In this document: piece after piece, positions 1 to 12,034 of the stretch
How the letters are laid out: the number at the start of each line of letters is the position of its first letter
Position numbering within the stretch: the stretch's first letter is position 1
Assembly: GCA_964016885.1 (NCBI GenBank)
Contig: OZ024746.1
Location: 44,578,001 to 44,642,000, forward strand
Length of the DNA: 64,000 nt
Reading direction: 5' to 3'
DNA from: Eledone cirrhosa
Lineage: Eukaryota
Made by a program: the position numbers and the translations under genes
The notes under the pieces: generated by a model
What the model was told of the DNA's origin: nothing
Seen by the model: only the letters and a program-made list of their open reading frames with translations
Databases searched by the model: none

Positions 1-196
1 AACATGGAGGAATATATGACGTTGTAATAATGAGAAATGTAACAGAATCAGGAATCAGAATGCCTGTAAACTAGTACTATAGCTTACATGTGAGTAAATA
101 TCTATCAATTAATCAATTAATTAAACGATCTTCGATGCTGGTTTGTGCAGCATTTACACTATCATCATTTAGTGGTACTACTCCGTCGTCGGTTTT

Positions 197-400
197 ACTT
201 GAGGTTTATATCGGAACGACAACTCATTAAAGCTAGACAAGTTTCTTGTTTTAGAAGGAGTAATAGTTTTTTGAATATATTTATAGAAGATATATACATA
301 TTACTTAAGGTTTATATCGGAACAACAACTGATTAAAGCTACACTATTTACTTGTCTTAGAGGGAATGATAGTTTTTTGTATCTATTTTTAGAATGATGT
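197..400. repeat. Diverged tandem duplication, 2 x ~105 bp
   Basis: TACTTGAGGTTTATATCGGAACGACAACTCATTAAAGCTA... at ~197 recurs as TACTTAAGGTTTATATCGGAACAACAACTGATTAAAGCTA... at ~302. Confidence 0.75.
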
Positions 401-3400
401 AGACATGCATTCAGCGAGTGTGTGTGTCATTGCAATTAGAATGATCTCAATTAGCATTCTTGTCTTTTTAAGACCGGAAAAGTTGATGTACAGTGATATT
501 TTCTAGATATGTCTAAACATTGTGTATCTTTTTTTTTAAAGAGCTGGTGGATTGATAATCCTCATTGACGTAAATACCTAAGAGATTTTCTTTCTGGAAT
601 AAGTCTATATTTCGCGTAAGACATATAGTTCTGGTGTGGATGACACAGGCGTTCAGAAAGGCTTAAGTTGTATGAAGTATGGTATCAACAGTATAAAGAT
701 GGCTCTCACAAGTGACAGCAATTATGCCGTCAATAATCAAATGGAAGGTTATGGAAGTCACCACCAAAAGATTGTTACACCAAAGTCAATGGGAAGTCAA
801 TTTGGTCTAACAGTATTCCTCTGATTCGAGAAATAAGAGAACTAGAGAAATACGTGGGTAACGAGGCCTGTAGATGTTCGCATCAGACACAGTCGAATGT
901 TTGCAGTTATAAACTACAGACTACTATTGGATACTACATTAAGATTGAGTCTCCAGTATATATTTCCTTATGAAAATATGCTGAAGGTTAGAAGAAAGAG
1001 AGTTTCAAGTTGAAGAAGGAGGTAATTATTTGCATTTGTCCCTTCATGTTTTACATGTTTGAATCGAGATTGATAGATTGATATTTAGTATGGTCAGAGA
1101 GGTTGACCCAAAGGAAATGTAATACACTGAATCATGCTCTTAAAAACGAAACGAAAACAAGTTCCGAGATATAGAATGGAATATAGGGGTTAATGTTTAC
1201 TAAGTGTTTGTATTTGAGGAGAATAGTGTGAACGGGATGGAATATACGTAGTCTGGACTGGTTATCGTATTATCTTTGGGATTAGAAGAACTGTTTTTTG
1301 TTCATGTTCAACATAGATATGGTAATCAGGTAGTTTACCAAGTTTTTTAACAATTGACCGTACGTGCTGTGAAGGTCTAAATACGTTATCTAATGCTTTT
1401 AAAGTAGCCCGTTGAGTGATGCGGCTATTTCTAGAATGTTGATGCGACTAATTTCTTTATAATGTTCCTTTGTTTGTAATGTGGTTTAATTGCGATGCAG
1501 ATAGTTTCCAATTTTCCTCGTGTTTACTGTATGTTCTTTAAATGAATTTCCTATTATTTTTTATGTTGATCTTTATTTTTCTTGTGTTGTGTTTAGAATA
1601 GGTCTTTCTGTATATCACGTTGACTATTTCCATTGTGAAATTTGAGTAGATTTTTATTTGCTTTATGAGATGTTTTGTTTGAATGATTTTGTCATTCGTT
1701 TATTGAATGAATGTATTGCAGACTCTTTGTTGCTGGTCATAGTGCTAATGAATTCTGCAAACCCAAATTCAGTTTCATTGGAGTGGTTGTAATGGAATTT
1801 ACAATGTTTTTAAAAGTAATTTTGCTTTGTGAAAATCCTTTAATGATTATGGACAGGTTGTCAGAAGACAGTTGATTCAGTATTTCCCATATGATTGTTG
1901 TGGCTATATGTGTGGTCAGACCGTTATGTCTGCATAGATAAATGAGCGAGATTTATAGATAAGTTTAACAATATTTTGTCTACACTTATGCTATCTGTGT
2001 TGTTGCTGTCTAACCTATATGTTGTGTGCATTGGTGTATTTCACAATGACCTTGTTTGAATGTTCACTGGGGTGTTTAATGTGCGTGACTACATTAAGAA
2101 CTCTTCGCATTTAGTGATGATTCGTTGTAGTAGAATTTACTTTGAACGACTAGGTTTCCTGTATTTTATTCTGTCCTGTTTTTATTCGAGTTATTTATGG
2201 TACCGTGGATTCAGGACTGCAATAGTTCTCGGATCTATACGTTTTAAGAATTTGGCTGCACAATTAATTACTATACATTCTTAACCTGAATTTCCTGTGA
2301 TAAAATTATTTTGTTTCATGAAATGATAACTTATTAGGTTAACGGTATATTAATAGTTTATTAAGATACCTTTAATATAGTTTATGTAATTTTAATGTGA
2401 TGTACATACATATATCGATGGCTGCATGCTCAACGTTATTATCACTACAACGCTGTAGCTTTGAGAAAAGAAACGCTCACAATTCTATTATGGTAGTACA
2501 ATGTGTTTTGGTTTGTGGCGAATATATGCAAAATTTTGGTAAATGAGGATTTTGTTTTTGGATGAAATTCATGCCAGAAAGAACCTTACATTTGTAAATT
2601 CTAAAGTCTGTTTACTCGAGGATCATTGCTGAAGAAATTTCCCTGTGTGTGCTGTTTCTTTGAGTCTATGTTAGCTGAAATGTCATTATTCGATCGGCAT
2701 TTACACCCACAAGTGATGTATTTTCTTTCCTGCCATATTATACTCAGAACACGGTTAACCAATATATTACTCAATTATTTAGAGTGAAATTATCTGTAAG
2801 TTGAAACAATTGTTGCGTGTTGCATGAGCTTACATGCATTAACGTTAATGGCGGTGACCACAAAAAAGTTTTCGAATGAGTTTTACTGAAAGAGCACAGT
2901 TTGGAAGGAAACCATGTAACAATTTAAAATGTGTTGCATCGATAATAAATACGTTAGATCAATCGTGTTGTGAAGGATGATCATTTAACTAGAAACTAAA
3001 ACTAATTCAGTGATTCCGTCCAGTAGCAACATAACATTTTTTAACAGTACCTTCTAAAAGACAATAAGTGTATATTGATAACAGGCCACCGAACTGCAAA
3101 TCACGGATTTCTAAAGTGCTAACATAATTGGAATAAATATCATTCAATCATATAACTTATATAACCTGAACGTACAAGCTGCAGTAAAATATTACAAATT
3201 GCGTCTACGGATAATTTGATAATATAGTGAGCAATATGATGACGTGTGTCTGTATATTCCGGTTGTTTTTTTCATAAATAAACTTCCGACACACTAAGAA
3301 TGTAACATGTAATGAACGGAAAATAAAATTATATTCAGGTGAAGAAGAAAATAGATACAACTTATTGCTTTTGAATTGAGATATATGTCTATAATGAAAT

Positions 3401-6400
3401 CTATATTTAGTGGTTCAGCTGAAAAGTAAATCAGAAGAATATCTAAATGTAATTACTATAAAGACAATTTATGGAAACAATTTAAATGTAAACTTCTATA
3501 TAAAAGAAAGAATTCCTTAGTGGACAACGCCGTCATGTCCCACGGTAAGAATGCCCAGGTAATATTCAACGTATACCAATTATTCTTTGAACATGTTTCA
3601 TTGCTTGAATTATTTCTAATAATAATATTTCCGTTATGATGCTTTATTTACACAGTAACTACATTTGTTTTTCTTTTCACCAAATTGTAGTAAATGAGAA
3701 TTTTTCGAGTACGTGTAGCATACCATTCTGCAAGATGCATATCCTCGTACTATAAATATAGACATTAACTCATTGTTAAATGTGTAATTTATTAAAACTG
3801 CTACTAGTGATTTTTCATCAACGGAAATCCACATTATATATGATAGAAGCTTACCCCTCTGTTACAATGTGGATAGGCTCGAAATACCGATTTGATTAAA
3901 CATTCAAAACATAACCTGAAAATTAAAAAACAACAAAAATACATTTTTAGTGCAATGACATTTATCAATTACAATGCAACCATGCCTATGATATTGGTGC
4001 AAAATATATGGTGATACAGAATAAAAGTGAGAAATAAAAGTAAGAATATCATATATGTTTCCACCAAGTGCTGAAAACATGGCGTTATTTCACATACAAC
4101 TCCATATCTATTTAAAAATATGATATGAATGATGTGCTTAAGATAGATACATTGAGTTAATAAGGTGATTTGATATGTTACATGGAAGAAAATTTATTTA
4201 GCTGTGTTATGAGAAATGTATAGTCCTATAAGCATATAAATGTCGCTAAATTTGGATTGTTAGCGCAAGTAAATCACATCATATAGTTTTAAATCTAAGA
4301 TATTTATTGTCAGATGAACATGAAATGTAATTTATTTTGTATATTTTCTTATGAAATAACTACTTCATTACCAATATTGATATTCATCTATGAATATAAA
4401 ATCATGAATTCTGAAAAATGTTTTCCAAAACAACGGAAGCTATAGATACGGATAAATATAATGCAGCAGATAAAACATTGGCAACCTATTCCCGTATATA
4501 TCATAAATTTGTTCGTGTTACTATCTAACAACTACTAAGTATCTATGTTAGTGGTAAGCTTAACAACGAAACCACAGACAACAACAGCTAAATAACAAAA
4601 ACAACAGAAACATCACGGCCGCTAACCAAAAGTAACAATAAGTCTAAAACCTTGAAGGAAAATAAGATAAAAGAGCAATTAATTTCCAAGGAGTTTTTGG
4701 TTGCATTTGTATGATCGATAGATAAGATCTTTATGCTCAACCACATTCTAGTTTAACAATGTTCTGCGGGCAGCTCATATTTCTCGCAAAAGAAATGCAA
4801 TTTGACCTAAGACGTTACCGTTCACCCTGGCACCAAGTAAATAATGTCATTTTATAGTAGTTACGCTTGGAACATGGCGAGTGAAGTTTCGAATTGAGAG
4901 AGAAATAGAAGCTTCACCGTAAGATTGATTGAATAATATAGTCTAATAATGGGGTGTATAAGGGCACTGGACACAAAAAGCGAATATGCGTACATTAGTA
5001 TTGCGCGTGATATAGCAGGAAAGAAAATGTAGAAAGTGAGAAGAGGAAGGAACAGAAGTTCTTGAGAAAAAGTAAGTGTGGATTCAGTCAGTCGTATATA
5101 TCTACACACAGGCCGTTGTGATGGTGCAAGCCTCCTCCGAACTGTGGGTAGCGATCTTTTAATTTAGATAGGACGTAGAATCCTCTTCCAACTCACTGGA
5201 TCACATGCTCACATTAAAGGGGGTGTCGGGGACTGCTTAGTCCAGAGTGACCCATCATAGCTAAGGAGTGGGTGGTGATCCTGAAGGAAAATCTCGTATG
5301 TAGAGTTATTTATCGTAGTGTAGATCCGGACCATGTCCAAGGCTCTCTTCTGAATGGGAGGGTGATTGATGTGTAATATGTTTCAATGTTCTTGGATTTG
5401 GAGATCCGATGTAATCCTATGGTTCATTGTACTAATCTTGTTGATGGTTGAGAGGTTAGAATTTCTGGAATTTGATACATCATCAAATTGTAGAAAAACT
5501 AACCACTGAACCACTAAAGAGATTAATAACATCATATTTGCTCTCTGAAGTTTCAGACATATAGACAACGTGTCTTTTTGACATATTGAATTCTTTTCAA
5601 CTTTCTTCCATCAGTATTTTTTTATGTTATCATATTTTTCAAAGTTAAGTTTTCTGCAAAAAGTAGATGATGAGTATTAGTTTTCAGTAAAACATAATCT
5701 CCAATAATCCCTAATTACATCATACTAATGTCTCCCCACTTTTGATATAATGCCAGATAATATGTATTCGTTATCACAGCTACTTGAAATAAAGAATGCA
5801 TAATTAACCAAACAACAAAACTAATTATGTAATTTAAAATGATTCTGTTTTTTTTCTTTGCTTTATTTAATGGAGACTCTATTCAAACACAGCCTGCTTC
5901 ATGTAATTCCCCAAATGGTTATAAATTATATTAAATAAACAGTAAACAATATATAGTGTTTCTTCTAAAATCGCCGTCCACAATATATAATATCTCTTTC
6001 CAGGGTTTCAAATATACAATGTTCTCTTTGGAATCATTAAATTTTTAGTACGGCTTGCTTCAGGAAAAAAATAGATTTTGAAACTCCCCCAGGGTATAAA
6101 AATGCAACGCAAAATAAGATAATATGGATTCATGCCCGTCATCAAATTAATGTAAGTTTCTGAAAATGGGTAATATTATTAAAGTATATAGATTTTTAGT
6201 TTCCATAAAATATTAAACGACTCTTAACCTTAATTCCATTATACTATGCTATTCAGCAATAGGGAAGTTTGCAAATGCATTAATGAGGATTAATAGCAAT
6301 TAACTAAACTCCCGTATTAGCAAAGTACAAGCAGAAATTTCCAGCTACCAGCAGTCTAGTCAACCATTTTTAAATACTATGATAAATATCCAGCCTAAAT

Positions 6401-6585
6401 CAGAATGGCCAGAGTCAGCTTTCCAGTTATTTGGTCAAAATAAATTTCAATTCCCTTTTTCGTCATTCCAAAGACACCGACATTCAGTGGCATTGCACAG
6501 GTTTTAAGGTGTAACATCTTCTCAATTTCAATTGTCAGATCTTTATATTTACTGAGGTTTCGGAACACTTTCGAGGAGCTGTTAA

Positions 6586-6607
6586 TATTATTATTATTAT
6601 TATTATT
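6586..6607 (+). repeat. (TTA)n microsatellite, left border of the LINE stack
   Basis: ATTATTATT run directly abutting the 3' end of element A1. Confidence 0.95.
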
Positions 6608-9600
6608 GTTCTTTGAGTCTCAGTCACTGATGTTAGCCAACTGGAAAGTTTGTTGAAATGAATATCAAGCTACTACCTGCAGCCTCAGATATTCAGGACG
6701 TATTGGAGGGTTCTTGCTGTTCCCAGCAAGCATGCCTTTTGAAGCGTTCCAAAAAGCGTGAAGGGGCCAATTTTCTTTAACCTTCACTGGAAACTTTTTG
6801 AGATAGTACCTAGTGCGCCTATGACAATCGGGACCACTTTGACTTCATGGCAGTTCCAAATCCTTTTTACCTCCCACTTTAAGTCCTGGTATCGGTTAAT
6901 TTTCTCCCTCTCCTTCTCTTGCACTCTCGTGTCGAATGGGCAGGCCACATCCACAATCAGGCACGATCTTTTTTCTTTGTCCAAAACCACCAAGTCAGGT
7001 CTATTGTGTTCCAGTTTCTTGTCCGTCTGTATCCTAAAATCCCACAGCACCTTCACCTGATCGTTTTCTATCACCAACTCTGGCTTATGCTCATACCACT
7101 TCTCAGAATGTGGTAAATTGTTTACTTTGCATAGGTGCCAGTGGATCACCCTGCCCATCACATCATGTCTCCAGCCCTTATAGTGAGTCTGGGCTAGGTG
7201 TTTACACTCGGATACAACGTGAGCCACAGTCTCCTCTCTCTCTCCACAGATCCTGCACAGTGGGCTAGCCTACTCCTTGTAAATATGGTGTTTCAACCAC
7301 TTCGTTTTGAGGGCCAGCTCTTGCGAGGCCATTAACATTCCTTCTGTAGCCTTTTTAAGGTCTCCTCTTTTCAACCAGTTCCATGTCTGTGGGTCTCTGA
7401 ATTCAGTTTTCTCAAAGAAGGTACTATGAAGGGATTTTTCCTGAAGGCTGCTCTTTCTCTTTGTTGTTAGTTCCTCCTTGGACATCCCCTGGTCTATTGT
7501 CCTCTCCTTCAGTACAGTTCTGAGCATTGGCTCAATACTATCAGTCACGTATTTGTGTAGGTTCTTTTCTCCATCTGAACACAGTCCTCTATGCTGATAA
7601 GACCTCTTCTACCTTCAGATCTTCTTAAGTAGAGTCTATCGACACCACTCCTCTTGTGGAACATGTTGTAGATAGTCAATAGCTTCCTAGTCTTCCTATC
7701 CATTTCTTTTTGTTCAGCAACATTCCATCTCAGAATTCCTGCACTGTACCTAATAATAGACACAGCTCGGGAATTTACTGCACTTATGGCATTCCTACTG
7801 TTCAGATGTGACTTTAATACGCTCCTTACTCTCCGAATGTATTCAGATCTTATCAATTCCTTCATTTTTTTGTTCTTGATGTCATCAGCCTCCAGAACAT
7901 GCAAATACTTGTATCCTTCTTCAGTGTCAATTTCCTTTATCAGCTCACCTGTTGGTACCTAGATTCCGTTGCTTCTGCTCAATTTACCCCTCTTCATCAC
8001 AAGGACTCCACACTTAATACTACCAAATTGCATACATATATCATTGCTGAAAATAAAGACAGTGTCAACAAGCACTTCCAACTCCTCACTCTTCCCGAAG
8101 AGCTTAAGATCTTCCATGAAGAGGAGGTGATTGATGGTAAGCTCTCCCTTTCCCAACTTGTATCCTGCTCTCACTATTCGCTGTATAATGGTCAGGGGCA
8201 TCAGGGCAAGGACAAACAACAGAGGGGACAGACTATCTCCCTGGAAGATACCTCTCTTGATCTTCACGGCTCCCAAGGATTCTCCAGCTGATGTTAACTC
8301 TGTTTTCCAGGACTTCGTACTTTTGCCCAACAACTGTCTGATGTTATCTGCCACCTTGAAGATCTCTAGGCTTTTGGTGATCCAAGAATGAGGCACCACG
8401 TCAAATGCCTTTTTGTAGTCTATCCATCCCATGGCAAGACCAGTGTGTCTCCTCTTGCAATTCCTCATTACCATCTTATCAATAAGTAACTGGTCCTTTG
8501 TACCACGGGACTTCTTTCGGCATCCTTTCTGTTCGTCCGGTAACAAGTTGTTTGTGTGGAGGTGATGGTAGATTTCCTCAGACATAATGCTTGTCAACAG
8601 TTTCCACATAACGGACAGGCATGTGATAGGTCTATAGTTGGTAACATCATTACCCTTGATTCGGTCTTTCATTATCAGAACTGTGGTACCTTTTGTCAAC
8701 CACTCTGGTACCTCACCTGACATCAAGCAGTCATTGAACATGGTTGTCAGTTTCGGGTGGAGGGATGTTATATTTTTAATCCAATACCCCTGCACACCAT
8801 CTGGGCCTGGTGATTTCCAGTTGGTTAGTTTTTTGGCCTGCCCCTTAAGAATTTCAACTGTGATACTCAAATCAGTTTGTTGGTGTGCCTGTTCACTAAT
8901 CTCCTTTTGTACTGTCTCAATCCACACTGCCTGGTCATTATGTTTAACATCCTGCTCCCATATTCCTCTCCACAATGTCTTAGTTTGTGCCGCCTCAGGG
9001 ATCAAGTCGTTGCCTCTTTCTTTCCCTTCAAGCTGTCCAAACAGCATCTTCTGGTTGTTGTCAAAGATGCGGTTCTATCTATACTGAATGACTCTGCTCT
9101 CGTATCGCCTAATATGTGCACTCTTTACTACAATGCGTTGCTTCAGTTCCTCTATGATAATATTTAGATTTTTCCTCTTAGTTTTGTACTTTATCTCCAG
9201 TCTATTTTTAGTGTCTATGTTTTTTAGTGTCCCATTCAGTAGGGACTCAAGCTTTCCAATGTCATTTCTCATTTCCCTGATTTGACCATTCAGTCGTTTC
9301 TTCCACCAAGGCTCTGATCTTTCTTGTTTGTTGTTTCCTCTCGCTTTTATACCAAGTAATTTCCTCACCGCATTTGCTGTTGCTTTAAGATGTTGCACTG
9401 GTGAAGGCTCCTCGCCTCAAGGTATGGGATGACTTTGTTTACCTTAGCTGTTGTTTCTTTTAACTTTTTCCTATCTACAAATCTTAGGTTCGTAGGTTTC
9501 CCACTATCATTGTTCAATTCATCTACCACTAAATTTAGGATATCAACCAAATCTTGTCCTAGCCCGTCAGCATTCATCTCCTCAATGGCCGTATCTTTGT

Positions 9601-11027
9601 TCCAGGTATTATTTATTTCAGCATTCAGATCATTGTCTGCTTCGGATGGTTCCTCCGTTCTCTCAACTTCTTCACCTTCATTTCCCACTGGCTCGTTTGC
9701 CTGGCATACTTCACTCTCCATTTCCAACCTAATCTCTCTACTCAGTTCCTCCAGTTCCAGCTCGCTTATCCAGCCATTAGTTCTTATTACTCGAGCCTGC
9801 CCGGCCAATTTTTGTTCATCTAATTTAAATAGACCAATCTCGTTCCAGATGTTATGCATCCGTTTCCTATAGCCTTTCTCCTTGGGGTTACTCTTCAGGT
9901 AACATTGCATAACAGTTCTATTCAATTCTTTCGTCCAGTTGGTTCTGGTCACTTTCCTTCTTCTTCTTCTTCCTCCGACACCAGCAGTATTTGGTTGACA
10001 GCCAGGTCCCTGCTGCTGAGCCAGGAAGCACCTGCTGGGTAAGAGTCTGTCACATGACATTCTAGTCTCCACTTCACCGTTATTCGAACTGTTAATGTTC
10101 GACATTTAAACACTCTTATCGAGGATTGGTGAATGTATGGTTACATAACCACCGGTGATTTCATCACCTCCGGTGATTTCATCACTCCCGGTGATTTTTG
10201 TGTGGCACTATCACGCTGTAGACGAACATAAATAAACAAACAAACAAATAGGTAAAAAACAAAACAAAAAAAGAATAAGCATAAGTTTCATTGTAATGTA
10301 TTGTTTGAATATCTTACTTAGTTTTTCCCTTCCCTACTCTGTCTGTCTGTTTTTTTTCTTTTCATTTTTCTTTTCTTTACATTTTTCGTTGTTGCTGTGT
10401 TGATTTGATTTTGATTTTTGGTTTTTTGATTTTTTGACCGGGTCATCAAATCAGTCTATCTATATATTTTGATGCCTTCCTCTATTAGTGGGGACACTAC
10501 GATGCATGTCTTAGCAGGAGGTAGTAGGAGAGAATAGCGGCGATAGTGATAATGAGGCAGCGGTGGTGGTGGTGGTGCTGTGCTAGTAGTACTTAGCATG
10601 AGGTAGTGGGAGAGAATAGCGGCGGTAGCGATAATGAGGCAGTGGTGGTGGTGATGTGATCGCAGTACTGTAGTGATGGTGTTTGAGTTGAAGTAGAAAT
10701 AGATGTTGAGGTAACTTGACTAGAGTTTTTAGCGTGGTAGTGGTGGTGGTGTTGGTGGTGAAATTATCTTTCTATCTGTCCACTTAGCCATTTAGCTATT
10801 TAGCTATTTAGCCATTTTGCCATTTTCCTCTTTTTCGACTATAACATTTCTGATCCAAAATTAAATATTAAATATTGGGGCCCTATGCGTTATGGCTTGC
10901 TGAACGGAAAAACTGTAATCTTATTGTTCATTTGTAATAAGAATTATTCTATCACAGTTGTTTTAAAGAAGTAAAAATCAAAAACTTACGGGAGCGATTC
11001 CATAGCGATATATATCCACCATGTGCG

Positions 11028-11029
<2 letters not shown>
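6608..11029 (-). mobile_element. R4/Dong-type non-LTR retrotransposon, family A copy 1 (A1), near full length, defective
   Basis: Single broken ORF with an N-terminal Myb-like segment (RTNWTKELN), RT motifs (NYRPITCL, WIDYKKAFD, GIFQGDSLSPLLF, LFMEDLK), a CCHC finger (CRIC..ETVAHVVSEC), RHD and RLE (NRPDLVVLD..D..EKINRYQDL). Flanked by (TAA)n on both sides on its own strand. Near-identical to 41801-46176. Confidence 0.93.
6784..10105 (-). pseudogene. A1 RT-RLE polyprotein, frameshifted
   Basis: ORF pieces 9365-10105, 9075-9398, 7959-9047, 7545-7904, 7270-7548 and 6784-7227 are collinear parts of one protein. Catalytic motif FMDD is mutated to FMED. Confidence 0.9.
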
Positions 11030-11057
<28 letters not shown>

Positions 11058-11058
<1 letters not shown>

Positions 11059-11766
11059 TCGGGATAAACTCTACAGGTATGGAGGTGCCGTCAGCCGGGC
11101 ATGTCCGAGATGCGCGCAGGGTGACGAAACCGTCCTGCACGCACTCGTCCAGCGTCCGAAAATTGCTGACTTGTGGGTTTATGTCGAACACCTGCTGTCG
11201 CGTTTAGGACGGATCCGGCTATCATCTGAGTCCATCGTGAGGATTGCCCCGCCCTCCTCCTTTAGCCGGGAAGGGCAGGCAGTTTTTATCTATCTGGTGG
11301 CCATGGCGAAAGAGATAGTATGGTGGACACGTTTGAAAGGGCTGAAGACGAGCACTTACCTCTTTGGTGATGCTCTGATTGACTTTTTCAAATTTCATTT
11401 GAAAAGGAAAATCAGAGTAGAGAGGGAAGTGCTCTCTTCCCAGCATTTTGTTGAAAGATGGGTGAGAGAAGCAAGAATGGCCCGAGTGAATGGGCCTACT
11501 CTGAGCATATATCTGTAAATTAAAGGTGGAAAACTGGGAGAGGGCACTTGCCTTGGTGGTCAGGGTCATTGTGGCTTTTTACTGGGCTTTCTCCACAAAT
11601 GTCCCTCCGAAGTCTCCCCCCTATTGGGGAATTTTTCATTGTTATTTTTTGTTACATCCTCTGTTTTTGTTTTTTACACGCAGAAATGCCCATTTGTACC
11701 GTCCTGCATTGTCCTGCACTGTCCTTAATGTCTACTTTATGTAAACCCTTGTGGTTAATAAAGAAA

Positions 11767-11768
<2 letters not shown>
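11058..11768 (+). mobile_element. 5'-truncated Tx1/L1-type LINE (3' ~710 bp)
   Basis: Encodes the CPRC..ETVLHALVQ zinc-finger end of ORF2 plus 3' UTR ending AATAAAGAAATC-(ATT)n. Matches 29191-29895. (TTA)n on both sides. Confidence 0.92.
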
Positions 11769-11819
<51 letters not shown>

Positions 11820-12034
11820 GAATGCTATGGTTGACGGAGGCTCGGCTCTGTAAGGTATTGTAAATTTTGACCGCTATAACAATTGTAAATTGTTTAAAAC
11901 TTTAACCAAATTGTAGACAAAAACACCCTCCTCCTCGTGTGAGGTTTATTTCTGCCCGTTATTTGGCCCTTCGGGGTTAAATAACCGCTTATTGGGGTTT
12001 TGTGCCCAATATCTATGTTAAACAAAAAAAAAAC

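Noticed and set aside
1-6585. Short ORFs and possible host exons or an ancient LINE
   Set aside because: No recognisable domain or consistent exon chain. Strand-skewed composition at ~500-2300 hints at a very old element but I cannot support it.
8131-9872. Plus-strand ORFs over A1, and equivalent antisense ORFs over the other LINEs
   Set aside because: Antisense shadows of the retroelement reading frames.
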